Assembly (NCBI GenBank): GCA_963674705.1
Contig: OY771506.1
Coordinates: forward strand, 576,001-640,000
DNA length: 64,000 bases
Reading direction: 5' to 3'
From: Phycisphaeraceae bacterium
GTDB taxonomy: Bacteria > Planctomycetota > Phycisphaerae > Phycisphaerales > Phycisphaeraceae
Shown here piece by piece: positions 22,132 to 32,873 of this stretch (positions within the stretch are counted from its first letter, which is position 1; the number at the start of each line of letters is the position of its first letter). Position numbers and translations under genes: made by a program. Under the pieces are notes generated by a model. It made no database searches. It was not told the DNA's origin and saw nothing but the letters and a program-made list of their open reading frames with translations.

Positions 22132-23388
22132 TTAACTCTTGTAGTACCGGGTATCTTCTCCCGCACCTTCCGGAATCGTGCCATTGGAACTTTGTAAACG
22201 CGACAACACACTCTCATCCAGGCTCAGCATCGCCGCATCGATCGCCGCGATCGCCGCACCCACCGAAACACCGCGGTCCTGATACGTCGACGGAAGCACA
22301 TGGATCTCTCTGCCTGGCGCCTGCAGCAACCGCTTGTTCATCTCGGCCTGGATACGCTCGATGAGCTTCGTATTCGAGATTCGGGCGTTGCCACCGAGGA
22401 TCACCGCCTTGGGATCGATCAGGTCGGCTATCGCCGCCATCGTCGTGGACAGCCGAACCGCCAACTGCCCCAGGTTATCGGTGATCGGGGCGTCCTCTCG
22501 ATCCATCAACAACAATTCCTCGGCCGACACACGCATGCGCTCTTCGGTCTGCAGCAGCAGGTCGATTTCACCGGCCGCAAAGTGCGATCCGCGACGCAGC
22601 CTGCCGTTCAGATACAACGATGAACCCAGGCTGCTGATGCGGTAGCTGTCGCCGTCGGTCATCACATTCATCAGGAAGAAGATGAAGTCAAGATGGTCCT
22701 GGGCGCTGCCGACCTGCGCCTCGGCGTGGGCCGCAAAATTCACGTCGTTATCGATGTAGGCATTAACCTTAAAGTGCTTCTTGATCAGCTTGGCCAGTTG
22801 AAAGTCACTGATGTGGTAGGCGGTCGACCGCATCACGACGCCGGCCTCCGGGTCCACCATGCCGGGGATGCCCATGCCGATGCTCAGCAACCGGCCGATC
22901 TCACTTCCCTTACGCTTGGCCCAGGAATCAACGTGCTCTTTCAAGAGCTTGATTGTTTCGTTGATGTCTGCGGTCACCTCGAACTGATCTCGATCGATCA
23001 TGTTCCGCGAGGCATCCACATAAGCCAACGACGCCAAGTCACCACCCAGACCGACGCCCACGCTCCATCCCAGATTCGGATTCACCTCAACCAGGATCTG
23101 CTTTCGGCCAACACTCTGCGACGCCACCTTGCCCACCGTACGTACGATCTTGTTCTGGATCAGGTCACGTACGATGTAGGTAATCGTCGAGGTCCGAAGC
23201 CCGGTGATCTCCGACAATTGACTCCTCGTCAACGGCCCTTCGTGCAGCAGCTTCAACACGAGACGACGATTGTGAATCGAGGCCCGCGGATGGCTGCCCC
23301 GGCTGTGGTCCGAAAAGTTCAAGGGGTCTTTCATTGGGCTTACACTTCTAATGGCTTCTTCGGTCTTACCCACATACGAGCGGGACAT
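22132..23388 (-). CDS. ROK-family transcriptional regulator
   Basis: N-terminal HTH (TRSQLSEITGLRTSTITYIVRDL), GIPGMVD, IDNDVN, AGEI. Confidence 0.9.
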   Translation of the reverse strand: MSRSYVGKTEEAIRSVSPMKDPLNFSDHSRGSHPRASIHNRRLVLKLLHEGPLTRSQLSEITGLRTSTITYIVRDLIQNKIVRTVGKVASQSVGRKQILVEVNPNLGWSVGVGLGGDLASLAYVDASRNMIDRDQFEVTADINETIKLLKEHVDSWAKRKGSEIGRLLSIGMGIPGMVDPEAGVVMRSTAYHISDFQLAKLIKKHFKVNAYIDNDVNFAAHAEAQVGSAQDHLDFIFFLMNVMTDGDSYRISSLGSSLYLNGRLRRGSHFAAGEIDLLLQTEERMRVSAEELLLMDREDAPITDNLGQLAVRLSTTMAAIADLIDPKAVILGGNARISNTKLIERIQAEMNKRLLQAPGREIHVLPSTYQDRGVSVGAAIAAIDAAMLSLDESVLSRLQSSNGTIPEGAGEDTRYYKS

Positions 23389-23421
23389 CGCAACAAATGT
23401 ACCCGCCCAACAGCTCCATAC

Positions 23422-24228
23422 TCACTTCTCAGGCCACTTCTTGTCAATATTGTCAAAACGCAGGTGCTTGTATGAGAACTCTTCACCGGTCATGGTGTCA
23501 ACGTGGCCGTCGAGGTATGCGTGGTTGCCGCCGCCACCCTGGTGCCGTTCGGGGTCGGGCCGGACGTTCTCCCAATAACTTTCCTCAAATGCACTGCTCA
23601 CAAAGTACCTGTCGTCGTGGCCATTGGAGAAGGGCTGCTGGTTCACGGTGCGGTGACCGGACGAATCATAGAACGTGGTGTACTGGGCCGGGTTCTTGAC
23701 CGCCAGACAGCTATCACCTGCCCACAGTTCGACCGTGTAATTGGGCTCGGGATACAAAGGTGCAATCAACACCCACTTCTTACCCGCCACGCGCCGCGAA
23801 GCCGTGGAATCAGATGTAATGTTTGCCGGGCCATGCCAGGTCAGGTCAGAGTTCATGAAGTAGCTGCCGCCGACCTCAACCGTTTCAGAGATATCCCCGT
23901 TATCCAGCGGCTCGGCATCATCCGGGCAGATCAGCGTGCAGTCTTCCAGATTGCCGCCACCGGAAGGGTTGATGATTTCGTTGGGGTACCGGTTCTGGAA
24001 GAGCCAGGGGAATCGGTTGCCACGGGCCGTGTGCCACATGGCGAGCTGATCGCTGTCGTTCAGCCAGAACTCGTAAGTCGTGGCGACCTGTTTCAGCTTG
24101 ACCTTGCACTTGAGGCTTCGCGCAGCCCCTCGTGCGGCACCAAGAGCAGGCAAGAGGATACCCACCAAGAGCGCGATGATGGAGATAACCACCAATAACT
24201 CGATCAGTGTGAATGCTTTACGTTTCAT
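23422..24228 (-). CDS. Prepilin-type N-terminal cleavage / H-X9-DG (DUF1559-like) protein
   Basis: [26 protein letters not shown] and [16 protein letters not shown]. Confidence 0.9.
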   Translation of the reverse strand: MKRKAFTLIELLVVISIIALLVGILLPALGAARGAARSLKCKVKLKQVATTYEFWLNDSDQLAMWHTARGNRFPWLFQNRYPNEIINPSGGGNLEDCTLICPDDAEPLDNGDISETVEVGGSYFMNSDLTWHGPANITSDSTASRRVAGKKWVLIAPLYPEPNYTVELWAGDSCLAVKNPAQYTTFYDSSGHRTVNQQPFSNGHDDRYFVSSAFEESYWENVRPDPERHQGGGGNHAYLDGHVDTMTGEEFSYKHLRFDNIDKKWPEK

Positions 24229-24304
24229 GTTCTCAGACCTTGTAATTCGGCTCCAAGAGGTGGGGCTGGCATCCAACCCTCAAGTATGACCTCTAACAAT
24301 TATG

Positions 24305-24360
24305 ATGCTAATCCGGCTCAATACAATTGTCAATATTAATTTTCTACTTTAATAAATTAA
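24305..24360 (-). promoter_or_regulatory. Sigma70-type promoter (TTGACA-N17-TAGCAT) with adjacent AT-rich dyad, copy 1
   Basis: -35 at 24328-24333, -10 at 24305-24310, TTAATTTTCTACTTTAATAAATTAA at 24336-24360. Confidence 0.6.
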
Positions 24361-24617
24361 TTGACCAGCCGAGCCGTTTCCTTTGCAAATCCCGATTTGC
24401 ATGTGATGAACACTGTTCAAAGGCCCCTGATTTCAAGTGCCTTCACGATATTCTTTTTTATTGATGTCTACCGAAAAGATGCCCGCTGGGCCCAGCACAA
24501 ATTCCCGATCTGGCACCCCGATTGACACAATCATCCAGTCGCCGCCCGTAACGGCCCTCGCAGCCGCGAACCAGTCGTGACGATGAGAGCCGACGAGACG
24601 AATTGCTTCAGAACTAC

Positions 24618-25442
24618 TTACTCACTGGTGCTACCGGTGTTGGTTTGCTCATCAATATTGTCCCAACGCAGATGCTTCCAGGAGAATTCCGCACCGGTCA
24701 ACGTCTCCACGTGACCGTCAAGGAAGGCGTGGTTGCCACCGCCACCCTGGTGGCGGTTGGGATCGGGACTGATCTGGGTCCGCAATGTTTCTTCCGGATA
24801 ATTCGCACTGACAAAGTACCGGTCCGGATAGCCGTTTGAGTTCGGTGTATGGACGACACTTCGGTGACCCGAGGAATCATAGAAAGTGGTGTATTGCGAG
24901 GGATTCTTGACCTGCATGGTCGAATCGCCCGCCCACAACTCGACGGTGACGTTAGGCTCATCATCCATCGTTGTCGGGGGAATCTTCACCCACTTGCCGG
25001 CCACACGATAACGGTCCACCATATTCGCCGCTACATGTCCCGGACCGTGCCAGGACAAGTCGGAGTTGATGTAGTAGCTGCCACCCAGATATACCGTCGC
25101 CTCGACATCACCGTTATCCAACGGCTCCGCATCGTCGGGGCAGATCAGCGTGCACTGGTTCAAGTCGCCATTCTCACCAACCATGGCGATCTCACCCGGA
25201 TACCGGTTGACCATGAACCAAGGCCAACGGTTACCACGGGCCACATGCCATAGGGCAAGCTGGTCGCTGTCGTTCAGCCAGAACTCGTAAGTCGTGGCGA
25301 CCTGCTTCAGCTTGACCTTGCATTTGAGGCTTCGTGCAGCTCCTCGTGCGGCGCCAAGAGCGGGCAACAAGATACCCACCAATAGCGCAATGATGGAAAT
25401 AACCACCAATAACTCAATTAGTGTGAATGCTTTACGTTTCAT
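24618..25442 (-). CDS. Prepilin-type N-terminal cleavage / H-X9-DG protein (tandem paralog of 23422)
   Basis: N-terminal ~60 aa identical to 23422; [16 protein letters not shown]. Confidence 0.9.
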   Translation of the reverse strand: MKRKAFTLIELLVVISIIALLVGILLPALGAARGAARSLKCKVKLKQVATTYEFWLNDSDQLALWHVARGNRWPWFMVNRYPGEIAMVGENGDLNQCTLICPDDAEPLDNGDVEATVYLGGSYYINSDLSWHGPGHVAANMVDRYRVAGKWVKIPPTTMDDEPNVTVELWAGDSTMQVKNPSQYTTFYDSSGHRSVVHTPNSNGYPDRYFVSANYPEETLRTQISPDPNRHQGGGGNHAFLDGHVETLTGAEFSWKHLRWDNIDEQTNTGSTSE

Positions 25443-25517
25443 ATTCTCCAACCTTGTTGTTCGGCTCCAGAAACAGAGCTGGTATCTCATCCTCAAATAT
25501 GTACTCCAACAAACATG

Positions 25518-25602
25518 ATGCTAATACGGCAACATGTATATGTCAACATTAATTTTCTACTTTAATAAATTAATTGACTCGCCGGCCTGGATCCGGTATA
25601 AA
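25518..25602. promoter_or_regulatory. Divergent sigma70-type promoters flanking the AT-rich dyad, copy 2
   Basis: Minus: TTGACA(25541-46)-N17-TAGCAT. Plus: TTGACT(25574-79)-N17-TATAAA. Dyad 25549-25573 is identical to copy 1. Confidence 0.6.
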
Positions 25603-25609
25603 TCCCGCT

Positions 25610-26641
25610 ATGCACACAATAAACATCATCCGTCGAACGCTGAAATCAGCTATCTCTTTCACATTTGTTATCTCTTGCCTGCTGATATTCTGTCAGCAGA
25701 GCCCGGCTCAAACCTCCGACCAGAATCCCCCAATGACCCAGACATCAAATACTTTCGATCCTTACCAGCTTTCCAACATCCAGGGGATGTGGGTCTGGCG
25801 CGCTTCATGGATCGATACCGACCAGGCCCAGGATCAGTTACTCGACTTCTGCCAGAAGTACGGGTTCAACCGCATCCTCATGCAGATCCATCCCGACAAT
25901 GATGCCGAGTCCTACACGCTTCGTCTGCCCGACGAACTCGCAAGACTCATCCGTGAAGCAACCAAACGCGGGATCGCGGTCGAAGCGCTAGACGGCGCTA
26001 AGGACATGGCGCTTGCTGAAAACCACGAAAAGTCGCTCAACATGCTCGACGTGCTGATCGACTTCAATCAGTCGCTGCCCGAAGGTGAACGCTTCGTCGC
26101 CATCCACTACGACATCGAACCCTATATCCTCCCGCAGTGGAAAGCCGCCGGCGAATCGCGCCTCGTCGTCATGCAGGACCTGCTCGACTACTACACCAAA
26201 GTCCGCAAGAAACTCGACGAGCGCGGCTCAAAGATGCTGCTCGCCGCCGACATCCCCATGTGGTACGACGCGAAGACCGACCCGAAAGATAGCTGTGTCC
26301 TTGAGTTCAACGGCCAGACTAAAAACCTGCATCAACACATCCAGGACATCTGCGACTACGTCGGCATCATGTCCTACCGCACAAGTGCGCTGGGCCCCAA
26401 CTCGGTTTCACAACACATCGAAAGCGAACTGGCGTACGCCGAGAAAATCAACAAGAAGATCTGTGCCGCGCTGGAAACCATCGAACTCAAAGATACGCCG
26501 CAGATCACCTTCTATGATTCAGAACCCGATACCTTCTGGAAAGAAGTCGATCTGCTTCAGACCAAGTACAAGAACCGCAAGGGCTACGCAGGCATCCTGA
26601 TCCATTGCTACCGGGGCCTGCGCGATCTGTTGCCCGAATAA
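25610..26641 (+). CDS. Secreted TIM-barrel glycoside-hydrolase-like protein
   Basis: GMWVW, HYDIEPY, DIPMWYD, IMSYR. Paralog of 26696. Confidence 0.65.
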   Translation: MHTINIIRRTLKSAISFTFVISCLLIFCQQSPAQTSDQNPPMTQTSNTFDPYQLSNIQGMWVWRASWIDTDQAQDQLLDFCQKYGFNRILMQIHPDNDAESYTLRLPDELARLIREATKRGIAVEALDGAKDMALAENHEKSLNMLDVLIDFNQSLPEGERFVAIHYDIEPYILPQWKAAGESRLVVMQDLLDYYTKVRKKLDERGSKMLLAADIPMWYDAKTDPKDSCVLEFNGQTKNLHQHIQDICDYVGIMSYRTSALGPNSVSQHIESELAYAEKINKKICAALETIELKDTPQITFYDSEPDTFWKEVDLLQTKYKNRKGYAGILIHCYRGLRDLLPE

Positions 26642-26695
26642 TATTTCGATCCGTCACATAACATCACGATTCACTTTTTCGCACACGGAAACATC

Positions 26696-27715
26696 ATGAC
26701 ACGTTACTCTATCCTGCATCTTTGTCTGTTCCTGATGGGCATCACGATCTTCCTGGGCGGCTGCAGCCAAACGCCTAAAGCGACTGGCAAAAGTGGATGT
26801 CAATGCAAATGCTCTACCCCCGGCATCCCCGATGAAATCCGCGGCGTATGGGTCTGGAAAGACATCGTCGTCAAAACCGACAAAGAACAGGACCGCCTGC
26901 TCGACTTCTGCCAGCGCCACGACATCAACCTGCTCCTGATGCAGGTCCACCAGATCGACAAAGAGACCGATCCGAAGATCGCTTATCCCGACAAACTCGC
27001 CCGCTTGATCCGTGAAGCCGCCAAGCGCGGGATCGTCGTCGAAGCGCTCGACGGCGCAAAAGACATGGCCATGGCCGAGAACCAGGAAAACACACTGGCG
27101 ATCCTCGACATGATCATCACGTTCAACCAGTCGCTGCCGAAGGGCGAGCGTTTCGTCGCCGTCCACTACGACATCGAGCCTTACCTCTTACCCGGCTGGA
27201 AGGAAAGCCAGGAATCACGCAACGTGATCATGCGCGACCTGCTCGATTACTACAGCAAGGCCCGCAAGAAACTCGACGAGCGGGGCTCCGAAATGCTGCT
27301 GGCCTGTGATATCCCGATGTGGTACGACGTCAAGACAGAACCGGGCGACTCGTGCATCATTGAATACAACGGCCAAACCAAGAACCTGCACATGCACATC
27401 CAGGACATCTGCGACTACATCGGCATCATGTCCTACCGTACCCACGCCGTAGGCAAAAACTCCATCACCGATATGGTTGATAACGAAATGACATATGCCG
27501 AGAGCCTCGGCAAGAAAGTCTGCGCCGCGTTTGAAGTCAGTAAACTGGAAAACACGCCGCAGATCAGTTTCTACGGCTGGGAACCCGACAAATTCCTTGA
27601 ACAGTATAACCTGACACGCTCGACGCTCGCCAACCGTCCGGGTTACGGCGGCGTGTTGATCCAATCCGTCCGCGCCCTGCGCGCCATGCTCGAGAACGAA
27701 CCGTTACCCGAGTAA
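26696..27715 (+). CDS. TIM-barrel glycoside-hydrolase-like lipoprotein
   Basis: Lipobox LGGC, GVWVW, HYDIEPY, DIPMWYD. Confidence 0.65.
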   Translation: MTRYSILHLCLFLMGITIFLGGCSQTPKATGKSGCQCKCSTPGIPDEIRGVWVWKDIVVKTDKEQDRLLDFCQRHDINLLLMQVHQIDKETDPKIAYPDKLARLIREAAKRGIVVEALDGAKDMAMAENQENTLAILDMIITFNQSLPKGERFVAVHYDIEPYLLPGWKESQESRNVIMRDLLDYYSKARKKLDERGSEMLLACDIPMWYDVKTEPGDSCIIEYNGQTKNLHMHIQDICDYIGIMSYRTHAVGKNSITDMVDNEMTYAESLGKKVCAAFEVSKLENTPQISFYGWEPDKFLEQYNLTRSTLANRPGYGGVLIQSVRALRAMLENEPLPE

Positions 27716-27759
27716 TTGAGAGTTTGTTTTACTCTTAACAAATCCATTCGGATCAAACC

Positions 27760-29208
27760 ATGAAACCACTGAAGATCAAAGGCCTGATGCTTGATATGGT
27801 GCGCGTCACCGAATGCTATCAGCATTACATGGATATAGCGGAATCCGCTTCGGCGTGGGGTTACAACACCATCTTCGCACACCTCACCGACGACGACGGC
27901 TGCGCCATGGTCTTTGAGAATCGGCCCGCCCTCGCCACGCCACATGCCCTCACAAGACAGCAGCTCAAGGACTGGATCCAAACAGCAAAGCGCAACGGCC
28001 TGAACATCATCCCCGAGATCGAATGCTTCGGGCACACCAAGTACATCCACTCGCTACCCAAGTACAAACACCTGGCTGTCAAATGTGTCGGCCATCACAA
28101 CGCCATCCACCCGATGCACCCGGACACGCACGCGATCGTCAGTGACATGCTGCGCGAAATCGCGGTCATCTTCGATTCGCCTTACATCCATGCCGGGTTC
28201 GACGAGGTCAACCTCGGCCAAGGCAAGCTCGGTGCCGCGGCCGTCGGCAAAGAACACTGGGAAATCTTCGCCGACTACGTCAACCACGTGCACCACATCA
28301 TCGATTCGCTCGGTAAGAAGATGATGATCTGGGGCGATCACCTGGTCAGCGAGCCGAGGATCGGCAAACGCATCAGCAAAGACATCATCATCTGTGACTG
28401 GCAGTATCACCCCGATGTCAACACGAAAACAACACAGTTGCTGCTGGATATGGGATTCACCGTGCTTTGTTGCCCATCAAGCAGCCGGTCCGGCGACATG
28501 ATCCTGCCCCGCTCCAACACGCAAGGCAACCTGCAACGCTTCTCGCGCATCGCACATTCGATCGGCGACAATGTCATGGGCCTGGTCAACACCGTCTGGT
28601 GCCCCGGCCGGATGCTCTGCGACACCGAACGCTTTGCCTACGCGCTGGGCGGCGCCTGGTTCAACGATCCCGAAGCCGACCCGCAGCCGGTCATGTGCGA
28701 ATACGTCAGCAAACGCTTCGGCGTTGATCCGCCGGACATGCTCGCTGATGCCATCCTCCGGCTCTCGATCCTCATGCCGCACAACAGCCTGCCGCGAAGG
28801 ATCATGCAGACCGAAACTTCCGAGAAAGCGCCGCCTTCCCCGGTGACAGACGCAGAAGTCATGCAGATGCGAGAGATCGCACTGGCGGTCAAGCCGATCC
28901 GCAAAGTATTTGAATCCTTACGCGACCAGGTTAAACGCAATAACGCGGAATACAACAACTTCATCCTGGCTTGCGACCTGATAGACTGGTGGGACAAACT
29001 TGCACACGTGCGACTCGGCCGGAATACAAGTAACACACTTTCGTGTATCAAAGAACACGGCCACCTGCTGCTCAAGCGATGCAAAGATGATTGGCAGCGC
29101 CGACGCTTCCCCGACGACCCGAAACGCGACGCCGACACCTATGCTGAAAAAGACGGCCTGATCACCAACCTGCTCAAGTCGCTCAACGATATGGAAGTTG
29201 CTCAGTAG
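27760..29208 (+). CDS. GH20-like hexosaminidase
   Basis: GLMLD, HLTDD, IPEIECFGH, IHAGFDE, MIWGD. Confidence 0.8.
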   Translation: MKPLKIKGLMLDMVRVTECYQHYMDIAESASAWGYNTIFAHLTDDDGCAMVFENRPALATPHALTRQQLKDWIQTAKRNGLNIIPEIECFGHTKYIHSLPKYKHLAVKCVGHHNAIHPMHPDTHAIVSDMLREIAVIFDSPYIHAGFDEVNLGQGKLGAAAVGKEHWEIFADYVNHVHHIIDSLGKKMMIWGDHLVSEPRIGKRISKDIIICDWQYHPDVNTKTTQLLLDMGFTVLCCPSSSRSGDMILPRSNTQGNLQRFSRIAHSIGDNVMGLVNTVWCPGRMLCDTERFAYALGGAWFNDPEADPQPVMCEYVSKRFGVDPPDMLADAILRLSILMPHNSLPRRIMQTETSEKAPPSPVTDAEVMQMREIALAVKPIRKVFESLRDQVKRNNAEYNNFILACDLIDWWDKLAHVRLGRNTSNTLSCIKEHGHLLLKRCKDDWQRRRFPDDPKRDADTYAEKDGLITNLLKSLNDMEVAQ

Positions 29209-29248
29209 GTCTCATTCGCCTGATAATGCAGTAGACAAGGAGGCAGAC

Positions 29249-30802
29249 CTGAGCGTTAGCGGAGTCATCAAGACACTACTGGCGGTGCTCGTGATCGGGG
29301 CCGTGGGCTATTGGCTTTTCAGTGATACTGTCCGCTTCTACAGCGGGTCGGGCGAAGACAAGCCGTTGCGTGTCTCCTTCGCGGCAACCAGCGAAGAGTT
29401 TGAAGTCTGGAAACAGATCCTTGATGACTTCCGCGAAAAGTACCCGGACATCCCCGTCAAGGGCGAGTTCATCCCGGCACGTTACGAGCAGAAGGTTCAG
29501 CAGTTGATGGTCGCCGACGACGCGGCGGATGTCATCCTCTACCAGGACGAGCCGTTCTTCCACATGGTCGAGTCCGGCAAGTTTGAAGACCTGATGCCCT
29601 ACATGCTGCGTGACATCGGCGCGACCGACAACGCGCAGGGCCTCGCCGAACTCAAAAGCCAGTACTGGCCGACCGGCCTCGAATCGTTCGGGCGATATGA
29701 GGGTGAAGGCGAAGACAAGCTGTGGCGTCAATACGCCGTGCCTGTCTGGTGCGGATGCAACCTGATCTTCTACAACCGCTCCGCTTTCGAAAAAGCAAAC
29801 CTCCGCGTTGAGAAACACGACGGACCTGAAGCGATCAAAGAACTGCCCGACGGCACATGGCTGCTGGATGATAATCGCTGGACGATCAGCGACTTCGTCC
29901 GCGTCTGCCAGCACCTGACCATCGACGCGGACGGCAACGGCAAACCAGAACAGTTCGGCACGACATTACCGCCTTGGATTTACTGGTTCCCCATCCACTG
30001 GGCGATCGGCGCCGACCTGCTTACGCCGGATAAGACGCACACCGTCGCGTACGGCCCGGCATGCGAGAAGTCTTACCAGCTCTACCACGACCTGCGATGG
30101 AAGTACAACGTCGTACCCACGCCCGCAGACCTCGGCACGATGACCGAACGCACCGGCTTCTTCACCGGTATCGCCGCAATGTTCAGCGACGGCCCATGGG
30201 GCATGCCCTTCTGCAACGCCGTCGCGGAGGAAGGCTTGTCCTACGGCCTGCTTCACATGCCACGCAATGATGAGACCGGCTACCGCGCGACTCGCATCAC
30301 CTGGGACGGCCTGGCGATGTACACCGGCTCGCAAAAGAAAGAAGAAGCCTGGCTGCTCATCCAACACCTCTGTTCCGAATCCTCGCAACGCGCGATCGCA
30401 AAGCTGCAACGCGCCATCCCCGCCAAGCGCCCACCCGATGATGTCTTCGAACGCGCCATCAAGCAGAACAACCCTACGCCGGACGACGAGCAATACGCTT
30501 CGATCTACTTCTGCACGGTTAATCCCGATGTCGACACGCGCAAGTTCATCGAAGCGATATTCGACTACGGCCGACTCCAGCCGATCACCGAACACTGGAA
30601 CGTGATGACACTCACCTGGGCCGAGGCGCTCGACGGGCTACAGCGCATCGATCCGGACCGCCGCTACACCGTCCCGGAAGCGATCGGCCGATTTTATGCA
30701 GACAAGGGCAATGCCAAGCGATTACAGGAAGTCCTGCCGCCGCTCGATCCCGAAGAAGCGGCCCGATACCGACAGATTTACGAAGCAAGTAATAAACCCT
30801 GA
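29249..30802 (+). CDS. Sugar ABC transporter substrate-binding protein
   Basis: FREKYPDIPVK, IFYNRSAF, FFTGIAAMF, KEEAWLLIQHL. Start uncertain; AAGGAGG precedes an in-frame CTG. Confidence 0.8.
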   Translation: MSVSGVIKTLLAVLVIGAVGYWLFSDTVRFYSGSGEDKPLRVSFAATSEEFEVWKQILDDFREKYPDIPVKGEFIPARYEQKVQQLMVADDAADVILYQDEPFFHMVESGKFEDLMPYMLRDIGATDNAQGLAELKSQYWPTGLESFGRYEGEGEDKLWRQYAVPVWCGCNLIFYNRSAFEKANLRVEKHDGPEAIKELPDGTWLLDDNRWTISDFVRVCQHLTIDADGNGKPEQFGTTLPPWIYWFPIHWAIGADLLTPDKTHTVAYGPACEKSYQLYHDLRWKYNVVPTPADLGTMTERTGFFTGIAAMFSDGPWGMPFCNAVAEEGLSYGLLHMPRNDETGYRATRITWDGLAMYTGSQKKEEAWLLIQHLCSESSQRAIAKLQRAIPAKRPPDDVFERAIKQNNPTPDDEQYASIYFCTVNPDVDTRKFIEAIFDYGRLQPITEHWNVMTLTWAEALDGLQRIDPDRRYTVPEAIGRFYADKGNAKRLQEVLPPLDPEEAARYRQIYEASNKP

Positions 30803-30817
30803 TTCCGAGATACAACC

Positions 30818-31831
30818 ATGCAACCACTACCCGTTGCCGTCGTCGGATGCGGCCTGTTCGGCGATATCCACGCCACTACCTATTCCCACTTCGAACAGAG
30901 CGAACTCGTCCTCGTCTGCGACCTCGATGAAAAACGTGCCAAGGCCGCGGCCGAGAAGTTCAACTGCGGCTACACCACCAACGTCGAAGACGTCGCGGAT
31001 TCAAAACACGTCAAGGCGGTCAGCGTCGTCACCCCCGAGTTCGCCCACCGCGACCCGTGCGTCATGCTCGCCAAGGCCGGCAAACACATCATGGTTGAAA
31101 AACCATTAGCCACCAGCACCGAAGACGCCAAGGCAATCGTCGACGCGGTCAATGAAGCCGACGTCATGGGCGCAATCGACTTCCACAACCGATACCACCC
31201 CTGCTTCCGCGCTTTTCAACGCAGAAAAGCAGAAGGCGAACTCGGCGACGTCCAGATGATTTTCGCACGTTTGAGCGACCGCATCGAAGTTGCCACGCAA
31301 TGGTTCGGCTGGTCAGGTAAGAGCGGCCCGCAGTGGTTCCTCGGCAGCCACCTCGTCGACACCGCGTGCTGGCTGATGAATGCCGAACCCGTGCGCGTCT
31401 ACGCCGATGCGACCAAGGGCGTGCTCGCCAGCAAGGGCATCGACTGCTACGACTGCGTGCAGATCCACCTTTCATTCCCCAACAGCATGGCTGTGCTCGA
31501 AACGTCATGGATCCTGCCCGACTCCTGGCCGAGTGTCGCCGACTTCTCGGTAAGCATCCAGACATCCAACAGCCGCGTCGATGTGCAGGGTTCCGACCAC
31601 GGCATGGTCCTCGCACGCCCGCACAGCTACCGCTGGCCCTTCCTGCACGGCCTGACAGCGATCGATGAAGACGACTGGGGCTACTTCAACCTGCCCATCA
31701 AGGACTTCGTCCGCGCCATCAACCGCGGCCAACCCGCGCCCGTCTCCGTTGAGGTCGGCCTGAAGAACGTGCAGATCATCGAAGCGGCGCTAAAATCCAT
31801 CGAGCAGAAAAAAGTCATCGAGCTTGCGTGA
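30818..31831 (+). CDS. Gfo/Idh/MocA family oxidoreductase
   Basis: VVGCGLFG, TPEFAH, MVEKPLA, GSHLVD. Confidence 0.9.
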   Translation: MQPLPVAVVGCGLFGDIHATTYSHFEQSELVLVCDLDEKRAKAAAEKFNCGYTTNVEDVADSKHVKAVSVVTPEFAHRDPCVMLAKAGKHIMVEKPLATSTEDAKAIVDAVNEADVMGAIDFHNRYHPCFRAFQRRKAEGELGDVQMIFARLSDRIEVATQWFGWSGKSGPQWFLGSHLVDTACWLMNAEPVRVYADATKGVLASKGIDCYDCVQIHLSFPNSMAVLETSWILPDSWPSVADFSVSIQTSNSRVDVQGSDHGMVLARPHSYRWPFLHGLTAIDEDDWGYFNLPIKDFVRAINRGQPAPVSVEVGLKNVQIIEAALKSIEQKKVIELA

Positions 31832-31832
31832 C

Positions 31833-32840
31833 TTACCAGTTCTGCCCCGGTAACGAAAATCCATCAATAAAAGGCTGATTGAAGAACTTGCGGTACCGCC
31901 GCGGCTCTGAGATCTCGTCGATCTTCTGCACGACTTCGTCCGGCAAAGATCGATCCGCGATCTCATACACTTGGCTGAAGTGCTCCGGCCGACTGCCGCC
32001 AAGAATCAAAGTCGTCGCGTAGGGCTTACTCATCAGCCACAGGATCGCGAGCTGGTTCAACTTCACACCCTGCTCATCCGCGATCGCTCGCAACTGCCCC
32101 ACCATCTCCGCGACCTGCTGATCTTCGATGAAGTTCTTCATGCGATTGGCGGTCGACTCGTGAATCGCTTCGTCCGTATACCCCGGCTGATGATACTTGC
32201 CTGTCAATATCCCCCGGCACAACGGCCCGTAACACATCAGCGCCACGTTAAACCTTTTCAAGAACGGCACCGTCTCCGGCTCGATCGCGCGATCCAGAAT
32301 GTTGTAACACGCCTGCTGTGAAATGATCGGCGACAACCCCGCCGCCTTCGCTTCGCAAATCATCGTCGCCATCTGCCACGCGTAATGATTCGCCACGCCG
32401 ACGTATCGCACCTTCCCCTGCGACACCAGGTTATCCAGCGTCGCGAGCGTTTCATCCAAAGGCGTCTCCGGATCTGGATGATGCAGCATCAGCAGGTCGA
32501 CATGATCCATCTTCATCAGCCGCAAACTGCGCTCAAGCGAAGCGTTGATATTCACCCGACTGTTCCGCCCCACTTCCTTGTTGCGCGTAAACCGATTGAA
32601 CACCTTCGTCGCAACATAGACTTGATCGCGCTTCACGGGCGCCAGCAACTTACCGAGCAACTCCTCACTCTGACCGTAGCTGTCTGCGGTATCGATAAAG
32701 TTCAGACCGTGCTCGATCGCCTCATCGATCGTGCGAGCGGTTTCTGTTTCATCCAGCTCGCCCTGCCCGAACGTCATCGCGCCCAGGCAAAACCGAGAAA
32801 CTTTCATCCCCGAATTGCCGAACCGTACCATTTGCATCAC
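31833..32840 (-). CDS. Aldo/keto reductase
   Basis: CLGAMTFG, FIDTADSYG, VATKV, GKVRYVG. Confidence 0.9.
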   Translation of the reverse strand: MMQMVRFGNSGMKVSRFCLGAMTFGQGELDETETARTIDEAIEHGLNFIDTADSYGQSEELLGKLLAPVKRDQVYVATKVFNRFTRNKEVGRNSRVNINASLERSLRLMKMDHVDLLMLHHPDPETPLDETLATLDNLVSQGKVRYVGVANHYAWQMATMICEAKAAGLSPIISQQACYNILDRAIEPETVPFLKRFNVALMCYGPLCRGILTGKYHQPGYTDEAIHESTANRMKNFIEDQQVAEMVGQLRAIADEQGVKLNQLAILWLMSKPYATTLILGGSRPEHFSQVYEIADRSLPDEVVQKIDEISEPRRYRKFFNQPFIDGFSLPGQNW

Positions 32841-32873
32841 GTCACTCCAATCTATTGCTTAATAATCTCAATA

